Assembly (NCBI GenBank): GCA_033855555.1
Contig: JAWVFZ010000019.1
Location: 1 to 37,432 of the forward strand
DNA from: Solirubrobacteraceae bacterium
GTDB taxonomy: Bacteria > Actinomycetota > Thermoleophilia > Solirubrobacterales > Solirubrobacteraceae
Reading direction: 5' to 3'
Length of the DNA stretch: 37,432 nucleotides
Numbering within the stretch: position 1 is the stretch's first letter; the number at the start of each line of letters is the position of its first letter. Both the position numbers and the translations under genes were made by a program. The notes beneath the pieces are model-generated. The model searched no databases. It was not told where the DNA came from and saw only the letters and a list, made by a program, of their open reading frames with translations. This document shows, one piece after another, positions 35,945 through 37,432 of the stretch.

Positions 35945-37432
35945 GCTTGTTCCAGCAACCCCGATCCGTGTGGGCGGTGGCCTTCGCCGCCGTCGTGTCC
36001 TTCATGGGCCTGGGGCTCGTGGACCCGATCCTGCCGGCGATCGCCGGCGACCTGCACGCGTCGCCAAGCCAGGTCGAGCTCCTGTTCACCAGCTACTTCG
36101 CCGTGACGGGTCTCGCGATGCTTGTGACAAGCGCGGTGGCGAGCCGCATCGGCACGAAGCGCACGCTGCTTGCGGGCCTGTCCCTGATCATCGTGTTCTC
36201 GGCGCTCGCCGGAGCATCGAACAGCATCGGCGCGATCGTCGGCCTGCGCGCGGGCTGGGGGCTGGGCAACGCGCTGTTCATCGCAACGGCCCTGTCGGTG
36301 ATCGTCGGTTCGGCCAGCGGCGGCGTCGCCGGCTCGGTGATGCTCTACGAGGCGGCGCTTGGTCTGGGCATCTCGGTCGGGCCGCTGCTCGGCGGGGAGC
36401 TCGGCGCGATCAGCTGGCGCGGCCCGTTCTTCGGCGTCGCGGTGCTGATGAGCATCGGCTTCGCGGCCACGGCGATCCTGCTGGAGCCGAGCCCGCGCCC
36501 GCCGGCCTCGGAGCGCATCTCGATCCTCGACCCGCTGCGCGCGTTGCGCCACCGGGCGTCGCGCGGCAGCGGGCTCGTCGCGGCCTTCTACAACTTCGGC
36601 TTCTTCACGCTGCTGGCCTACACGCCGTTCGCACTGCACGTCGGCATCCACCAGCTCGGCTATATCTTCTGCGGCTGGGGCGTGATGCTCGCGGTCTTCG
36701 CGGTGTTCGTGGCGCCGCGGGTCTCGCGCCGTGTGGGCGACATCGCCGGGCTGGGCGGAGCGCTGGCCGGGATCGCGCTGGTGCTCGCCGTCATGGCCGT
36801 CGGCCACGCGTCGCAGACCGTGCTGATCGTGTCGGTGATCGTCGCGGGCGCGTTCCTCGGCATCACGAACACGCTCATGACCCAGGTCGTCATGGAATCG
36901 GCGCCGGTCCAGCGCCCGGTGGCATCGGCGTCCTACAGCTTCGTGCGCTTCTGCGGCGGCGCGATCGCGCCGTTCGTCGCCGGCAAGCTCGGCGAGCACG
37001 TCAGCGTGCAGGCGCCGTTCTACCTGGGCGCCGGGATGACCCTGCTGGCAATCGCGCTGCTCGCCTTCTACCGCAAGGCGCTGGTGCCCGTCACGGTCGA
37101 GGCCGCTCCGGCCGCCATGGCCGGGCCCGCGCCCATCCTGCTGGCCGCCGGTGGCCCCGAGGCGCTCGCCGTCAGCCGCCTCGCAGTCCGGCTCGCGCGG
37201 GTGCGCGGAGCCGACGTCCGCGTGTTACACGTGGTCGAGACCGACGTGCTGGCGGGCGAGGCGTCCATTGACATGGAGACCGACGAGCAGGCGCAAGCCA
37301 CGCTCGACGCCTCGGTCGCGGCCCTGGCGGAGGCCGGGGTTCCCGTCAGGGGCTCGCTGCTGCACGCGGTGGGCACGCACGCGGCCGTCGCCGACGCGAT
37401 CCTCGCCGAGGCCGCCGCGATCGGTGCAGCCG
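35941..37432 (+). CDS. MFS transporter (12-TM) fused in frame to a C-terminal universal stress protein (USP) domain; the 3' end is outside the window
   Basis: I translated frame 1 from the ATG at 35941 (ATGA overlap with the marR stop) and it stays open to 37432. MSLFQQPRSVWAVAFAAVVSFMGLGLVDPILPAIAG... continues through 12 hydrophobic segments. From about 37130 the sequence is USP-like: PILLAAGGPEALAVSRLAVRLARVRGADVRVLHVVETDV. It is absent from the ORF track (no stop in window); the listed ORF 35970..37271 is an off-frame artefact. Confidence 0.8.
   Translation, partial: MSLFQQPRSVWAVAFAAVVSFMGLGLVDPILPAIAGDLHASPSQVELLFTSYFAVTGLAMLVTSAVASRIGTKRTLLAGLSLIIVFSALAGASNSIGAIVGLRAGWGLGNALFIATALSVIVGSASGGVAGSVMLYEAALGLGISVGPLLGGELGAISWRGPFFGVAVLMSIGFAATAILLEPSPRPPASERISILDPLRALRHRASRGSGLVAAFYNFGFFTLLAYTPFALHVGIHQLGYIFCGWGVMLAVFAVFVAPRVSRRVGDIAGLGGALAGIALVLAVMAVGHASQTVLIVSVIVAGAFLGITNTLMTQVVMESAPVQRPVASASYSFVRFCGGAIAPFVAGKLGEHVSVQAPFYLGAGMTLLAIALLAFYRKALVPVTVEAAPAAMAGPAPILLAAGGPEALAVSRLAVRLARVRGADVRVLHVVETDVLAGEASIDMETDEQAQATLDASVAALAEAGVPVRGSLLHAVGTHAAVADAILAEAAAIGAA

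Overview
Very GC-rich chromosomal window (roughly 70% GC by eye, third codon positions almost all G/C). Gene content and QcrCAB gene order suggest a high-GC Actinomycetota-like organism, possibly Thermoleophilia or Rubrobacteria; that placement is a guess. I support about 40 protein genes and no rRNA, tRNA, CRISPR array, transposase or integrase. Many long ORFs in the supplied track are Arg/Pro/Ala-rich antisense artefacts of the GC bias. Left to right: an ABC-2 exporter pair and a GT2 glycosyltransferase; heme A synthase; a membrane GAF-PAS-GAF PP2C phosphatase; Lon; a CAP-domain protein; FdhD; a run of nine tightly packed genes that joins a caa3-type cytochrome oxidase (ctaCDE) to the bc1 complex (qcrCAB); a Crp/Fnr regulator; a TPP-dependent pyruvate oxidase-like enzyme; a Rieske/DUF2231 gene followed by two tandem Ku genes; a c-di-AMP (ydaO-class) riboswitch ahead of an Rpf-like muralytic gene; GlxA and DJ-1; an MFS-TetR pair; a secreted SGNH hydrolase; a thioredoxin / small ORF / cold-shock cluster; a beta-propeller-phosphoesterase fusion; and LysR and MarR regulators next to an MFS-USP fusion. 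Observations most worth a second look: (1) the oxidase and bc1 genes sit in one array with ATGA overlaps, and an unassigned 124-aa membrane ORF lies at the junction; (2) a Rieske-Ku-Ku operon with two unequal Ku paralogues and no LigD in the window; (3) a 34-aa CxxC...CxxC zinc-ribbon ORF with a strong Shine-Dalgarno (SD) site between csp and its terminator, absent from the ORF track; (4) an MFS-USP fusion ORF also absent from the track because it runs off the window end; (5) a shared start-proximal DNA element at fdhD and the Rieske-Ku operon, positioned like a leaderless -10 box. I see no clear signature of a known defence or mobile system. All novelty claims below are inferences that need database searches and experiments.
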